From positions 6,169 through 70,168 of the forward strand of contig NW_003314304.1 in NCBI RefSeq assembly GCF_000143415.4: a DNA stretch of 64,000 nucleotides, given 5' to 3'. The notes below the pieces were generated by a model, which saw nothing but the letters and a program-made list of their open reading frames with translations, was not told the DNA's origin and made no database searches. Position numbers and translations under genes: made by a program. The DNA comes from Selaginella moellendorffii. Taxonomy: Eukaryota > Plantae > Lycopodiophyta. Of the stretch, positions 49,671 to 63,950 are shown one piece after another (the first letter of the stretch is position 1; each line of letters starts with the position of its first letter).

Positions 49671-51410
49671 ATGGATTCTATCAGGAGCTTGCGCGAGCAA
49701 TGGAACTCGAGCATAGATCGCCTCAATGCGGCAGTCGCTCGGAGCAGAGTCGGGCGGTACTTCAAGCTCGAGGAGCGAAAGTCTTGCTTCACTCGGGAGG
49801 TGAGAGCCGGCACCGCAACATTCCTCACCATGGCATACATCCTCGCGGTGAACGCCAGTATACTCGCCGATTCGGGCGGTCCCTGCGGCATCTCCGACTG
49901 CTCGCTCGTCTGCTCCGACTCCACCACCCCGATACAGCGCTGCTCGGGCCTCACTCCCGGCGGTATACCGCTCACTCTTGTGAAGCCAGGTGCCGAGTGC
50001 AAGGATCCAGGGGCCCAGAACAAAGGATACTCCGACTGCCTGGACCGCACCAAGCGTGATCTCATCGTCGCCACCGCAGCATCCTCGCTCATCGGCAGTG
50101 TCATCATGGGCGTGTTTGCAAATCTCCCGCTCGGGCTGGCGCCTGGGATGGGAGCAAACGCCTACTTTGCGTACACCGTCGTTGGCTTCCACGGCTCCGG
50201 AAGCATCACTTACGGTGGAGCGCTGGCGGCTGTGTTCGTCGAGGGACTGATCTTTCTCGGCCTGGCAGCGCTCGGCCTCCGGACCCGGCTGGCCAAGGCC
50301 ATCCCCCGCCCCGTCCGCATCTCCAGCTCGGCAGGTATCGGTCTCTTCCTCGCCTTCATCGGCTTGCAGTCGAGCGAAGGCATCGGGCTCATCGGCTTCA
50401 GCCCATCAACTCTGGTAACACTGGGTGCATGCCCGGCAGCGGACCGAGTGGCGGTAGCACCGGTTGTCACCAACGCCACCACCGGTGTCTCCCGTCTCAT
50501 GCCCGGCGCTACCATCTCCTCCAACATCCTGTGCACGCGTAACCGGATGGAAGATCCCACTCTCTGGCTTGGCGTCGTCGGCTTCGTCATCATCGCGTAT
50601 GCTCTCGTCAGGGGTGTCAAAGGTGCCATGATCTACGGCATTGTCTTCGTCACCGGCATCTCCTGGTTCCGGGGAACGCAGGTGACATACTTCCCATATA
50701 CCGACGCTGGTAACGCGGCCTACTCGTACTTCCGCGAGGTGGTCGACGTCCACACCATCAAAGGCACCGCCGGAGCTCTCTCCTTTGCTGAAATCGGCCA
50801 GAGCCAGTTCTGGGTGGCGCTCATCACCTTTCTCTACGTCGACATACTGGATACCACCGGAACTCTCTACTCCATGGCCAAGTTTGCCGGCTACGTCGAC
50901 GAGAAGGGCGATTTCGAGGGGCAATACCAGGCTTTCATGAGCGATGCCGCGGCCATCGTGGTCGGCTCGGCACTTGGAACTTCTCCTGTCACTGCTTTCA
51001 TCGAGTCGTCCACGGGGATTCGAGAAGGTGGCAGAACCGGGATTACTGCTCTTACCGTGGCGATGTACTTCTTCCTGGCACTGTTTTTTACACCGCTACT
51101 GGCTTCTATTCCACCCTGGGCGGTCGGACCGGCGCTCGTTCTCGTCGGAGTTTTGATGATAAAGTCGGTCAAGGAGATTGAGTGGGAGGACATGAGAGAA
51201 GGCATCCCGGCTTTCATCACCATTATCCTCATGCCTCTTACGTACTCCATTGCTTATGGCTTGATCGGCGGCATTGGTACGTTCGTGGTGCTGAATGGAC
51301 TCGACTGGCTCTTTTCCAAAACCAAAAGGCCACCGTCGTCAAGCGATACAGATGAAGCGATGAAGCAAGTTGACACAGTGGAAACTGGCAGAGCTCTAGA
51401 ACAAGTCTGA
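49671..51410 (+). CDS. AZG1: Adenine/guanine permease (AzgA/AZG family), intronless
   Basis: 579-aa hydrophobic ORF with [62 protein letters not shown]. Confidence 0.95.
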   Translation: MDSIRSLREQWNSSIDRLNAAVARSRVGRYFKLEERKSCFTREVRAGTATFLTMAYILAVNASILADSGGPCGISDCSLVCSDSTTPIQRCSGLTPGGIPLTLVKPGAECKDPGAQNKGYSDCLDRTKRDLIVATAASSLIGSVIMGVFANLPLGLAPGMGANAYFAYTVVGFHGSGSITYGGALAAVFVEGLIFLGLAALGLRTRLAKAIPRPVRISSSAGIGLFLAFIGLQSSEGIGLIGFSPSTLVTLGACPAADRVAVAPVVTNATTGVSRLMPGATISSNILCTRNRMEDPTLWLGVVGFVIIAYALVRGVKGAMIYGIVFVTGISWFRGTQVTYFPYTDAGNAAYSYFREVVDVHTIKGTAGALSFAEIGQSQFWVALITFLYVDILDTTGTLYSMAKFAGYVDEKGDFEGQYQAFMSDAAAIVVGSALGTSPVTAFIESSTGIREGGRTGITALTVAMYFFLALFFTPLLASIPPWAVGPALVLVGVLMIKSVKEIEWEDMREGIPAFITIILMPLTYSIAYGLIGGIGTFVVLNGLDWLFSKTKRPPSSSDTDEAMKQVDTVETGRALEQV

Positions 51411-52009
51411 ATGCCATCGATACAATTGACACCCCACATGTTTAAAAAAAATTAAAATGAATTACATGTCAGAGTATATATCACCATGCAAGTTGTGGAA
51501 GATCTGAAATCACGCAACGAACCCAAAAAAGAAAGTTTGACCACGACCTTCATTCTAGCAACAATGTTGATAGCCGGAACAATGATCCAACAAAGCAAAC
51601 CTCTGCCAAAATGAAAGAAATCTAAACTTAACCATACCAAAATTCCAGGAATATCAAATCTAATTTGACGACGAAGGAAAGACCTCTCTATGAATGTACC
51701 AAAGACGTCGTCGACCCTCACAATAAAAATCTTACTTGTAGCGGCAGAGGTAATCGATTGAAATATTCCTAGCATTGTCATCGCCACAGAAAGTTTAAAC
51801 CATAATAACACCAGGTGTTGTTACATCCTCTTTTACATACATCACACCACGCTTCTATTAAATAATTTCTGTGCTCTAAAGGAAGATAAGAGCCCCGAGC
51901 CAAAGTCTGGATCTCTGTTATTTTGGCATACTGGTTAATAACATAGAATAAAATGACTCATGACCCTTGTACATATTTGCATTTTTAATTACAAAGCCGC
52001 CTTTAAAAA

Positions 52010-52553
52010 CATGAGCCCGTCATCCTTCCAAAAGTAGCGTTTTCTCTTTCTTGTTCACAAAGTCCTCCTTTCTTCTTCCCTTTCGAGCTTCGGCTGCTCC
52101 AGTTTTCTGCTGCTGCCTGCCAAAGGAAAAAAAAAATAAATCGAATGGGAGACTGAGTGAGCAATGGAATAGATCACCTCAATACGGCAGTCGCTGGGAG
52201 CAGAGTCGGGAGGTACTTCAAGCTCGAGGAGCGAAACTCGTGCTTCACTTGGGAGGTGAGAGCCGGGACTGCGACATTCCTCACCATGGCATACATCATC
52301 GCAGTGAACGCCAGCATACTCGCCGACTCTGGCGGTCCCTACTGCTCGCTGGTCTGCTCCAACGCCACCACCCCCGTACAGCGCTGCTCACATCTCTCCC
52401 AGCGGTACACCGCTCACTCTGGTGCCGATTGCAAGGATCCAGGGGCAAAGGATACTTCGACTGCCTGGACCAGACGAAGCGTGATCTCATCGTCGCCACG
52501 GCAGCTTCGGAAGTGTCATCATGGGAGTGTTCACAAATCTCCCGCTCTGGCTG
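52010..52553 (+). pseudogene. Partial AZG1 duplicate (5' leader and N-terminus, deletions and frameshifts)
   Basis: [32 protein letters not shown]; truncated after NLPL. Confidence 0.88.
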
Positions 52554-52579
52554 GCGGGGATAGTCGGAGATGCAGCTAG

Positions 52580-52900
52580 ATTATGCTGGCGTTTACTGCG
52601 AGGATGTATGCCATGGTGAGGAATGTCGCGGTGCTGGCTCTCACCTCCAGAATGAAGCAAGAGTTTCGCTCCTCCAGCTTGAAGTACCTCCAACTCTGCT
52701 CAGAGCGACTGCCGCATTGAAGTGATCTATGCTTGTGTTCCATTGCTCGCTCAGTCTCCTGATCGATTTTTTTTTTTTCCTTTGGCAGGCAGCAGCGAAA
52801 AACTGGAGCAGTCAAAAAGCTCGAGAGGGAAGAGAAAAGGAGGACTTCGTGGACTCTCACTGATCGGCAAGGAACAGAAAAGAGATGCTCATGCTTTTAA
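52580..52900 (-). pseudogene. Inverted partial AZG1 duplicate (5' leader and N-terminus)
   Basis: Minus strand [37 protein letters not shown]. Confidence 0.88.
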
Positions 52901-53129
52901 AGGTGAGAAAACAAAGGCTAGAAATCCAACTTTGTGTAGGGGAGCAAACTCGGCTGGCGTGGTAGAGGTTTGTTTCTTGTTGGATCATTGTTTAAAACTT
53001 TGATCCAGCTATCGACATCGTTGCTCCTGCCCATACACACAAGGAACGCCGGTACGACAGAAATGTAAAGGTCGTGAAGGATAACTCCTCCGTTGCGTGA
53101 TTTCAGCTCTTCCACAACTTTCGTGGTGA

Positions 53130-54030
53130 TATATACTCGACATGTAATTACAACGAAAAATGGTGATAAAAGTGGTGGATTTTCATTTCCTTCTAATTTG
53201 TGGGGTACACGGCTTTTTGGAACATTGATTATATTGGATTTAAACCCAAGCTTTGATTCCAATATAGCTCTTGTGAGATTGGACGACTCAATGGCCTCCT
53301 TAACGTTCTGGAGCCAGCCGCTCAAGGAAACCTCGAAGCCGTGTAACACTCTCACAAAGGTACACTATATTTGGTCACAGGGCTTAGAGCAACCTGCTAC
53401 GCCAGATAGAGAATTCGAGTTGCTGACAGCAATATAGTTCTATTTCCACACCGCTTCCTTGGAAATAGAGCGAGCTCCTCAGCAATCAGCTGCTCCTGTT
53501 CCTGCGTGTACGACATGCATACGAGATCCACAAGAGCAGCAGCAAATCTGGAAAGCTTACAAGGTTAGACAGCTGCTAAGGTTGTCAGGAGCTCAAACTT
53601 ACCACGTTCCAAATTACAGGTCTTGAGACGAACTGGCCTCCCATTTGAGCAGTGATGGAAGCATCCTGCAATGATAAAGTTCATGTGTTCGTGAGTTAGA
53701 ACTGCAAGAGATGTTACCTCGTTCTCTTTCACTCCTGCCAGCGGCTCGCTAAATTTCATGAGAAAACCTTTGAGAAAGGAGCCTGGCACTGGAAGATACA
53801 TTCCACTTTGAACGCAAGAACATTTCCTGGGAAAATGGAATCGCACAAAGTATGATCACGACCTGGAAAATTCTTGGCCGTAACCGATGCCGTACTCGTC
53901 CCTGGAAAAATGAGAGATGAGACATGACGTATAAACAAGAATAGATATAAATGAACGAACCAGGCTCTGGAATTGTCCTTCAGAGGCTCTGGAAATGCTT
54001 GATTAGAAGCAGAGCTTGCCTCCTGCAAGA
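53130..54030 (-). other. Possible spliced fragment of an unidentified gene caught between AZG1 duplicates
   Basis: Coding-like composition and GT-AG-like boundaries (e.g. 53549-53620), but no recognisable motif. Confidence 0.25.
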
Positions 54031-54147
54031 AAAATCTGGAGAAAAAAGAATTGCGCAAAGTACCTTGTATACGCACAAATTCCTGTCTAATATCGCTGAG
54101 GCAAGAAAAGAATGTTACGCATCATAAGCGTCTGCTCCCATGCTCTC

Positions 54148-54806
54148 CGGTGCAAGGATCCAGGGGCTTACAACAAAGGATACTCCGACTGCCTGGACCA
54201 GACGAAGCGTGATCTCGCCGTCGCCACGGCAGCATCCTCGTTCATCGGCAGTGTCATCATGGGCGTGTTTGCAAATCTCCCGCTCGGGCTGGCGCCTGGG
54301 ATGGGAGCAAACGCCTACTTTGCGTACACCTTCCACGGCTCCGGAAGTCTCTCTTACGGTGGGGCTCTAGCTCCAGCGCGGCTGGTATCGGTCTCTTCCT
54401 CGCCTTCATAGGCTTGCGGTCGAGCGAAGGCATCGGGCTCATCGGCTTCACTCCGTCATCTCTGGTGGCGCTGGGTGCATGCCCAGCAGCGGACCGAGTA
54501 GCGGTAGCACCGGTTGTCAAACCAGATGGAAGATCCCGGCGTCGTGTCATCGTCGCGTATGCTCTCGTCAGGGGTGTCCAAGGTGCCATGATCTACGGCA
54601 GTCTTCGTCACCGGCATCTTCCAGAGAACTACGGTGACGTACTACGCGTACTTCTGCAAGATGGTCGACGTCCACACCATCAAACGGAGCTCTCTCCTTT
54701 GCTGAAATCGGCAAGAGCCAGTTCTGGGTGGCGCTCATCACCTTCCTCTACGTCAACATACTGGATACCATTGGAACTCTCTACTCCATGGCCAAGTTTG
54801 CCGGCA
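54148..54806 (+). pseudogene. Internally deleted AZG1 duplicate, followed by a copy of the AZG1 3' flank (to ~55335)
   Basis: [22 protein letters not shown]...[10 protein letters not shown]; [10 protein letters not shown]; several deletions. The downstream flank resembles 51470-51890. Confidence 0.88.
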
Positions 54807-55389
54807 ATTCCTTCGTTGTAATTTATATCACCACGCAAGTTGTGGAAGTTCTGGAATCCCATTGATCACGACCTAGCCACCTTAAACTGGAGATGTCCAT
54901 TCTCTTGGCATTTCGGTTACATTTCTCTCGTAGCGTCATACTCGCAAAGGAACAATGATGTCAATAGCTGGATCAACAGTGATCACATGAATCTCTGCCA
55001 AAACATCAGAAATTTCAGGAATATCAACCAAGGAACAAAGCGCTGGCCGAAATAAAGAAAAAGCAATCGTGCTCCTCGAGAAAATATTACGCATAGCTGA
55101 AAACCAAGAATCAAGCGCAAGAAGAATCTTACTTGTAGAGGAGGCGATCGACCGATGAGAAAATGCAAATATCGCCGAAGTTCGTTTGAAAGCCTAAAAC
55201 CCCAGGGGTGTTGTGATACATCCTCTTTTTATTCATTTATATACACTGAGACTGTGTGAAAGAGATGCTATTGTACATACATCACACCACGCTTCTATGT
55301 GCGCTGTTAAGTATCTCTGCTCTAAAGGAAGATGGGAAAAAAGGAGAAGAAAAACAACTCCCCTCACCTCTCACTCCAGCATGAAATTT

Positions 55390-58300
55390 TCAAGGCTTTG
55401 GCAGATCCTTTCCACTCTGCTGCAACAGCATATCATAGTTGATGGATACTAACTGCGAGAGATTCTGTGGAAGCCAACAAGAAAAATCCCAATGAGACAA
55501 GTGAGAGAGCCAAGAACTTTCATCACCTTGAAAGAAAAATTGCTGAAGGAGTATTGGTTTGATGGTGGGGAGTCGAATTCCGCAAGATCATTGCACTCGT
55601 CTCTCTGAATCAAAAGTTTAGACAACAAAAACAGAAAGAAGGAAGCACGGCTTACCCCTTCCTCGTGTTTACTGCTCACTGAGCTGCTACTACCATCACA
55701 ACTACTTTCGTAATCGCTAGACTCCGGGAACTCTTGCTCTGCATAGACCCGACCATCCGTGGAAGACCACTTGTGCCGAGATGTAAAATAGCTCGTATCG
55801 TGGGCTCCTTCGGGGCTGGGAATGAAAACAGCCTGAAGAAAATTCTACCATTAGCTTAACAAACATTCGGAAAAGGCATGAAGATTGACCTGCTGAGAGC
55901 CAACACTATCCCATTCCACTTCCTTGAAGAATGGGTGAGCTTTCACCTGCAAAAATGAAACCATCATAAGAAAACCTTCAAGTAAAGAGAAAAACATCTG
56001 CAGACCTCCGCCGCACCCTTGGCACCAAGACGATGATTGGGATCTTCTGCGAGAAGCCTATACGAGAGAATTGTGATTAAAGAAAAACTAGTAATGGATT
56101 CTTACTTGTCTATGAAGTCTGCAGCTTCAAATGACATGTCTCCGGGGATATTTGGCCATGGTATGTTTCTGTTCAATATGTTTTCAAAGATCATCTGCAA
56201 CACGAGGCCCTGTTAGAGAAGGCAGAATTTCTTCCGACATCGAACCTGAGGGTCTTCCGCATTGAATGGGGGAATCCCAGTCAGAAACTCGAAGAGAATG
56301 ACACCAACGGACCACCAATCAGCCGGATAGCCTGCGATAAAAACCACAAAAAGGTTAAGCTCCAATTAAAAAATTGTTCAAACCGTGTGCTGTCCCAAGG
56401 AGAATTTCAGGGGCCAAATAGTCGGGTGTTCCAACAGTCTTTTGTTGCCGGCCCTTCTTCGTGGATGAATCCGAGCTGTCATGCTTTTCAGCCGCGACAG
56501 TAGCTCCTCTAGAAGCGGGCGCAGAGAGATCGTCCGTGCTGTTTATGAGACCAACTTTTGAAAGCCCGAAGTCTGTGAGCTGCAAGGAAACTTGACGTGA
56601 GCATTTACAAAAGAGACAGGAAACGACTCTACTCTTATGTGTCCATCATGGGCTATCAGTATGTTGTCCGGTTTCAAATCCCGGTGAATAACGGCTAGCG
56701 AGTGGAGATATTCCAGTGCAAGGACCTGAAAAACCAGTAAACTTAGATACATAAACAGTGTAAATACTTTACCAGTTCTGCGATGTAGTATCGTGCCATG
56801 TCTTCATCCAGACACCCAAGGTTTCTTAGCATTGAGTACATGTCACCTCCATTCAAGTACTCCATGACCAAATAGAGATTCTCCTTACAAGTGAAAGAAT
56901 AGAAGAAACGCACCTGCAAACAAATGTATCAGTTCCATTTTGAACAGAATTTCACATATCGTACCAAAAAAGGATTTTTCGCATGAATGAGAATGTTCCG
57001 TTCTGCATGGACGCTTTCGACGGCATTCTTACGAATCATATCTGCTTTTCGAAGAACCTATCACAAACTTACGGAAGTGAGTACCATCTACTTTCACGAG
57101 ACAGGACAAATACCTTTATTGCAAAGAGGTCTCCAGTCGTTCTTTTCCTTGCCAGGAACACTCTGCCAAAAGCACCTCTACTGATTGGCTTTATTATCTC
57201 AAAGTCGTCGATACTAGTCCGATCGTTGAAAGAAGGGTGATGAGGAGTGCATTGAAGGCTCGCAACCCCGTCATCATCGTCATCTTCAGTAGTGCCGGTG
57301 CTGTCATGTTCTACACCTTCGGACACAAGAAGATACTTCTCCCTGCATACATAAACACAAATCGTTCCTTGTCTGGTGCGCACTTGCCAACTTCAAGGCT
57401 TACCTCAAGAGCTTTTCAATCCTTTTGCCAAATGTATGTACTGTCAAACCTTCAACTCTGCAGAGCTGCAAAAGATTCTGAAGGTCTTGCAAGCAAGTTC
57501 CCAAAAAGTCATAGGCGTCTTCTTTGGACACATCTGTGCTTGCTGCACAGCGAGCTATATCAGCAAGCTCGTTAATCTGCAGCAACGACACGTTAAGTCA
57601 CTGTATAACTGGAAGTCTTAAACGTACCTGAACAATATCTTCAGATTCGCCGACACTCGCCCGCTCAGCCAGCAACAGATCTATCTGACTTGCCCTTGGA
57701 GTCGTAATTGGAGAGCAAGGCGTCCTACTTCCGGTTGAAGACGCACTAAGTCCCTGGTCGGACTTTGGTCCAAACCGTGACTTCCCGTTTAGCACTCCAA
57801 ATCCTCTAAGGTCCTCCAAAGTTGCTGCATCCATCTCGTGAAGTTCATCTAGCATGTCCTCTGATCCTCGACGATTTAGCTCACTTAACTTCGGAGAAGC
57901 GCCTTCCGATCCCTCGCCCTTTCTAAGATTCAGTACCGGGCTCAAACCGACGCCAGTCTGAGAGCTCTTGGGTGTGTAAGACTCTACGATCTTCTCCAAC
58001 ATCTCCGCAAGTTTGTAAAGCTTCTCGTCGATGCTTCTACCTTTGAAGCATCTGTCGGCAACCGCGCAGACCCTTGAGTGATCACCAACTTGCGAGGCTG
58101 GAACTGTTTCCTCGCATATCCGGCAAACAAGTTTCAACTCATCACCCGCAGCTTTCTTCCTTTGTTCGCAAACTTTTGGATGTTCCACGGGCTTCAACCT
58201 TGACGTTGACAGACCTTCGTCAGCTTTGAGTTTGGTTTCCTGTCCAGGTAACTTAGGCGAGGTTTGTCCGAACTTTTTCCAGCCTGCAAGTCGTTCAGTG

Positions 58301-59914
58301 ACTATACTCCCCAGACCATTGAAGTTTGAAGCTGGTCGCGTCAAGTGACTAAGAGCACTTTTGTCTTTCCACCTGTGCGCATTTAGCTCTTGACTGTAGA
58401 AAATCTTCTGCTCCTTGATCGGCTTGAGCACGGCTTTATCCTTTTTCCCTGTAGTCCATGGTGTCTGAATCTTGGAGGGAGGAGTATGCTTATTCATCTC
58501 CTCGTCCAAGCCTGTCAGCTGTACCAGTCTTGTACAACGTGTGAGAATGAAGAGCATTCGTGTGTGTAGCTGTTTCAGTAATCCCATCGGAAGCTCTTGC
58601 CGCCTGTCATCCAAGTCTTGAACGATACTTTCACAATGTTCTCTGAAGTCCGCTGAAGACATCATCGCGCATTGCTGAGCGAAGACAAGGAGGTCTTCAA
58701 TCTTCCTTTTCCAGTCCGGTGATAGATCCTCCTTCTTCTCGAGAATTTCAATCAAGTCACCAGCGAAGCCCTCGAGCTCTGTGTTGATCTCTTCTTTCAC
58801 AGTGTTGAATTTTGATCTTAATGCTTCAATAATGTCCTTCTGTAATGAGAACAAAAGGTATGCGTAACACTTAAAAGAGAAAAAGAGTTACCTCTCCATC
58901 GCTAAATATGTGCGGGCGCCAGAATACGTTGGACCGAACACCCTTGGGATCGAGTTCGTGAGAAAAGCTCTTTATGTCGCGCTTGCCCTTCTTCGTGCTT
59001 GTAACACGCAGCAAGGCTTGAAACCTTGGGGAGTTTGTTTCCTTGACACTTTCTGACGGACTTAAATTCTGATAGAGAAAACGCAGATCGATTACAACAT
59101 TGCGATTTAAAACGATACTTACCTCGTTTTCTGGAACATTTCTACTGGAGCCCGAAGCTAAAGAAACGTGCCACGGAGACTTGCCACCTGCAAGAAAAGC
59201 TTAAATGCATGCTCCATCTTTGTCCGACTTACCTTGCTTCGAAGGTGGAGTGTTTTCCGAACGTCCCCCAGCTGAAGACGAGCACTCAAAGTTGCTCCAG
59301 CTGCGAGGAGAGAGATCGTCAACCACGCTTGAAGAGGATTCCTTCCGAGAGCTCCGCGTCGAAACTTCATGAATGCTGGAACTCGGCACCTTGTGTCCAA
59401 GCTTGGGAGAATCCCGAGGCACTGTTGTCAAAAGCCCAGAGCTGGAGACGTTCTTCTGTTTCTTCGATCCCTTCCCGGCTGCAGCTTGCTTAGCAAACGA
59501 CTTTTCCTGTACAAATCTTTCATCAAAACCAGCCATATTCCAGTTCCTTTCACTGTTATGGTTATCACTTAGAGGACCCGAGCGTGTTTTGATCCGGTTT
59601 AGTCCCAAGGAGCTCGCTCCCAAATTATCAAAGTCAGAAAAAAGTGAGCCTTGCTTGGTTGAGTACTCACTGAGACCACCCGAATGCGCCTTTTTCTCCC
59701 TGTTGATCCTCCCAAAAACCGTATCATCCTCTGTGATCCCACTACCATCCTTTTCTTCTTCATTCCTCAAAGAACTTCTACTCTGCTCCGGCAAATCGCT
59801 GAGCTCCTTCGTCCGAGGAACTTCGTCATCCGGAACGACCTTATTCTTTCCTCCACTTCCACTTCCATTCTTCTTTTCCTTCTTGGTAATGGAAGTCCTC
59901 CCGACTGGTCCCAT
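55390..59914 (-). CDS. IRE: IRE/IREH1-type AGC serine/threonine kinase (MAST/Greatwall-related), multi-exon
   Basis: [116 protein letters not shown]. Confidence 0.93.
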
Positions 59915-60683
59915 CTTCCTCCTCCACTGTTTTCTCTATTCCGAGCTATTTACAGCGACCAGAGATCTACCAAGAACCCTAAATCCAGGCGAATTGGAGA
60001 CAGGAATTGCGGACATTTCACTTATCCCTGAGCCTGTGCCCCGCCAGAAGCCCACACGCGGCTGATGCATCGCATAGCAACCGCCGCGAGAGCTTCCAAT
60101 GCGGCATTTCCGCAGCTATCCTGGCTAGATCTTTACCCTGTTACTACATACCGATGCGATCACCTCGCGCCTCGCCCCGCCACTAGGGCGCTTCCATCCA
60201 AACCCTATCACCCAGGAAAATTCGATGTGAAAAGAGAATATGCCACTGATAATGTTGTAAAAGGACTAAGTGAATATATTTAAAATATACATGAATATTC
60301 TAAAATATTTTAATATCCAACATTATCATTTAGATTTATTTGGTAATTATATTTTATAAATATATTTATAATTTTTAGAATTTTCTAAATACTTCCTAGT
60401 ATATTCTTGTTTATTCTACCATGATATGAACCTTCTAACTCACTTCAAAAGTATTAAACCCTTTATCTTTATTTAAAAGTATTTACCTCTGGGGTAAAAG
60501 ATATGAACTTGAATAAAAAGGCTATAATGATAAAAATGAAACTTAACCATGCTTTAGAGCTAATATATGTTTATAATAACAATCACAATTTAATGATATT
60601 GAGAATGATAATTTCTAATATTAGCAAATCTTGAAAGAAAATATTGGAAGGAAATATTTTAAAATTATTTTGAAAATTCATGA

Positions 60684-63255
60684 TGTGAGTGTATGGAATA
60701 TGGAAAAGGAATACAAAAAATATGCATATCAATTAGCCCAAAAACTCTAATCTATATACAGGAGTGAGTGGTCTAAATTAAAACCAATCCAACGACTACT
60801 AAAATCTTATTATGCTAATATTAGTATACAATATTGTAGCCATACTCTTACTCTTCTCGGAATAATAGAAAACCATTAAGGTTCTCTTGTAGATGGGTTG
60901 GGATTTAAAAAAACATCAAGAGGAGGCATCAGTGGATTAATAGGTGGTATCAATTGTTTCTAATCCCTTTGTATGAAGCATTTCAATTGTTGCATATGCA
61001 TAATTTCTGGAAGATCAGTTTATTGGACGTCATGCCGAACCTCATAAATTTGTGGTCCAACTCACTATAACACCTGATACAGTCTTTTCCATTGAGCAAG
61101 GAGCTTTTTAGATAAACCATGTATCATAAGATGGGGAAAATAGACTAACACCAAGTCATCCACTTTGTACTTTGCAAGTGGATGATGATGGGAGTTGTAG
61201 TGCTATTGTTGTCTCATTTGTATGCGGCCTAAGTGTTTGGTAGATGTGGCAATTGCAAACGTAAACCTAGCTCTATTGGTAATATTGGATTATGATTATG
61301 TAGGAGTTTATGTGGTGAAACGCTAATAGAACTTTGCACCCCTGTGACATATATATACCAAAGAGATGGTAGATAACCATCTCAATCTGAATACTGAAAG
61401 TTCACATACTTTACGATCATTCCTTTGAATGTCTGAATAAGCCATTCCACTAAACTGTTTGATTGTGGATGATAAGCACTCGTGAAAGTGTGGCATATCC
61501 CCAACGGAGATGTCAAAACATGAAATGCCTTAGCGATAAATGCAGGACCATTATCCGAAAGAATCTGCTCTGGACAAGAATGCTAAAACACCACTTGATT
61601 GAGGAGGAAGTATCCAACAATAGTTGTAGAGGCATTAGCATGAGCACCAACTTCCACTCAACAAGTCAAATAGTCAGAAGCAATAATAACATATTCATTG
61701 CCAGTAGTTGATCGTGGAAAAGGTCCCATAAGATCAAATGCTACTAATTCAAATAAACAGGAAATTGCAATTGACTTCAACCGTCCTTCTGCGGCATGAG
61801 GGGGAGTATTATGAGCTTGGCACCAAATGTAGTTACACATATATTAGATAACATCACGTTGCATTTCCAGACAATAGAAAGACCTACACAGTTTCTCGGT
61901 TACAAAACGATGTTCCATATATATGTCTAGAATAGAAGAATGATGGTAAGCATGAAGAAACCGTAGAATAAATACGGAAGGCACCACTAGTCATAAAGGA
62001 TCATCAAGATCTATCCCCACAAAATAAAAAATGCCGTCTTCAAAGCGATATTGAGAATGTAAATGCCGAAATGGCAAGTCATCAACAAGTGATGCAAGAT
62101 TCTCAAACCCATCTCAAAGCCTTCGAATCCACAGCACAATTTTCTGAGCTTCATGAACCTCATCAAGAGAAGGTAGATCTTGCTCTACAACTTGTGGACA
62201 TTAAACATCAAGTATATCAACTGTCGACGACATAGAATCCTCGTCTAAAAAGTCCACAAATGTTGGAACAATAAGCTCATCAGAAACATGGGAAGAGAGT
62301 GGAGAAAGAAGAAGAGCTTGAGAAAGGGCATTAACATTAGCCATAGAATTCCCTCTATAATGAATAATATCAAAATCATATATCTAAAGCTTCAAAGCCC
62401 ACTGAGTAGTATGACTAACCAGGTTCTTTCACTTCAATAATGAAGTAACAATAACATAATCACCTTCAAGTAACGTTTAAGAACCATGTAGATCTGCATG
62501 AAATTTCTCGAAACCCCAGATTGCTACTAAACACTCCTTCTTTATTATGGAGTAGTTCACCTTTGCTGGTTGTAATGTATGGCTTATATACGTAATGGGA
62601 TGGCACTGACCAGGCACACTCGGGCTCTTTTGCATCAACACACCTCCAAAACCAATATCAGAAACATCCAGGTGCAAAATAAAAGGTTGAGTGTAGTTAG
62701 AATATGCCAAAACCAGAGGTAGCTATTTGAGATCCACAAGCACCCACTCACAATCTAGAGACCAAATGAAAGATGACGTTGATGACTTTAGCAACACTCG
62801 CAACAGTGCAGTGCGATTAAAAAGATGATCCATAAAACAAACAAGATACTGCACCTTGCCTAAGAAGCATTACACATCATGCACACACTTCAGAATAGGG
62901 AACTTTAAAATAGCCACAAGTTTGTCAAGATCAATTTGTAAACCCCCACGAGAAATACGGTACTCAAGATAAATTGTGTCCTTGGACCCAAACACGCATT
63001 TCAACTGCTTCAACTTTAAACCAACGTGCTGTAGCTGATCCAACACTTTACAAACATCATAAACGTGCTCCTTCAACATCCCCTTCGAGTGGATTAAGAC
63101 ATCATCAATGAAGTCAATAATCACCTCTTGTATATCGCAAAGAACCTCGTCCATCATCCATTAGAAAGTTGCTGGAGTATTTTCAAACCAAATGGCATCA
63201 CCAAGAACTCGTACAAACCAAACAATGTATGAAAAGCAGTCTTAGAAATATCTTT
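60684..63255 (-). mobile_element. Highly decayed Ty3/gypsy element (RT-RH-INT and 3' LTR), same family as 32540-37120
   Basis: FIDDVLIHSKG, LDVSDIGFGGVL, AFDLMGPFPRSTTGNEYVI; LTR remnant at 60684-60850. Confidence 0.88.
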
Positions 63256-63519
63256 ATTGGTTCAAGTAATCATTGTCGTGCTCTCTCATAAACTTTTCTT
63301 GGATTGGACTGAAGGCAGTGCGAAAGCAAGCTTGAGGTTTGGTCAAAGATGAGACCGAAAAGAGAGTCATCAAGGATGAAAGATCAAATACATAAATCAT
63401 TTTCTCTTCTTGGAGAGATGATTTGCAATGAGGTGTGACTTATTGCTTGTGTTCATAGTATGCAATCAAGAGTCGACCTTGATACATGTTAGTTATGGGC
63501 TTGCTATTGAAAACTTGGG

Positions 63520-63950
63520 TTACAATGCTTAATTCTTTTCTGGGGAATCTTATTATTGCTCATTGAGTAGTTTGGTGTTGGATTAGTTTTGAGTTTGGTC
63601 TGAAAGAGAGTGGCATGAATTTATCTGTGTTGTGAACAAAAGTTAGTGGTGTTAAATGTTATAAATCTCTATCGGTAGAGTGTAGCATTTATGTTGCATT
63701 TTGTCGAATCGACTTGGCACTTGATAATTACATAAACCTTTGAAGTAATGACATAGGTGTTGCTTAATTGATGATTAAGTCATTGTGATACTTAAATCAT
63801 ATCCATGTGATAAAGAGTAATGTGTTTACAAACTTGTTTGGTTAAACGATGATCAACCTCAAAGTTTTTGATAGTGAAGCTCGTCTACTTGCATATAGTA
63901 ACATTCTAGTAGCTTTGACTAGATTCTTTATGGTGATTCATTATATTAAG
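63520..63950 (+). repeat. Second copy of the dispersed repeat at 14115-14550
   Basis: Collinear similarity as described for the first copy. Confidence 0.8.

Noticed and set aside
49526-51250. Long antisense and alternative-frame ORFs over AZG1, and similar ones over the transposase and kinases
   Set aside because: Shadow ORFs expected from GC-rich codon usage.
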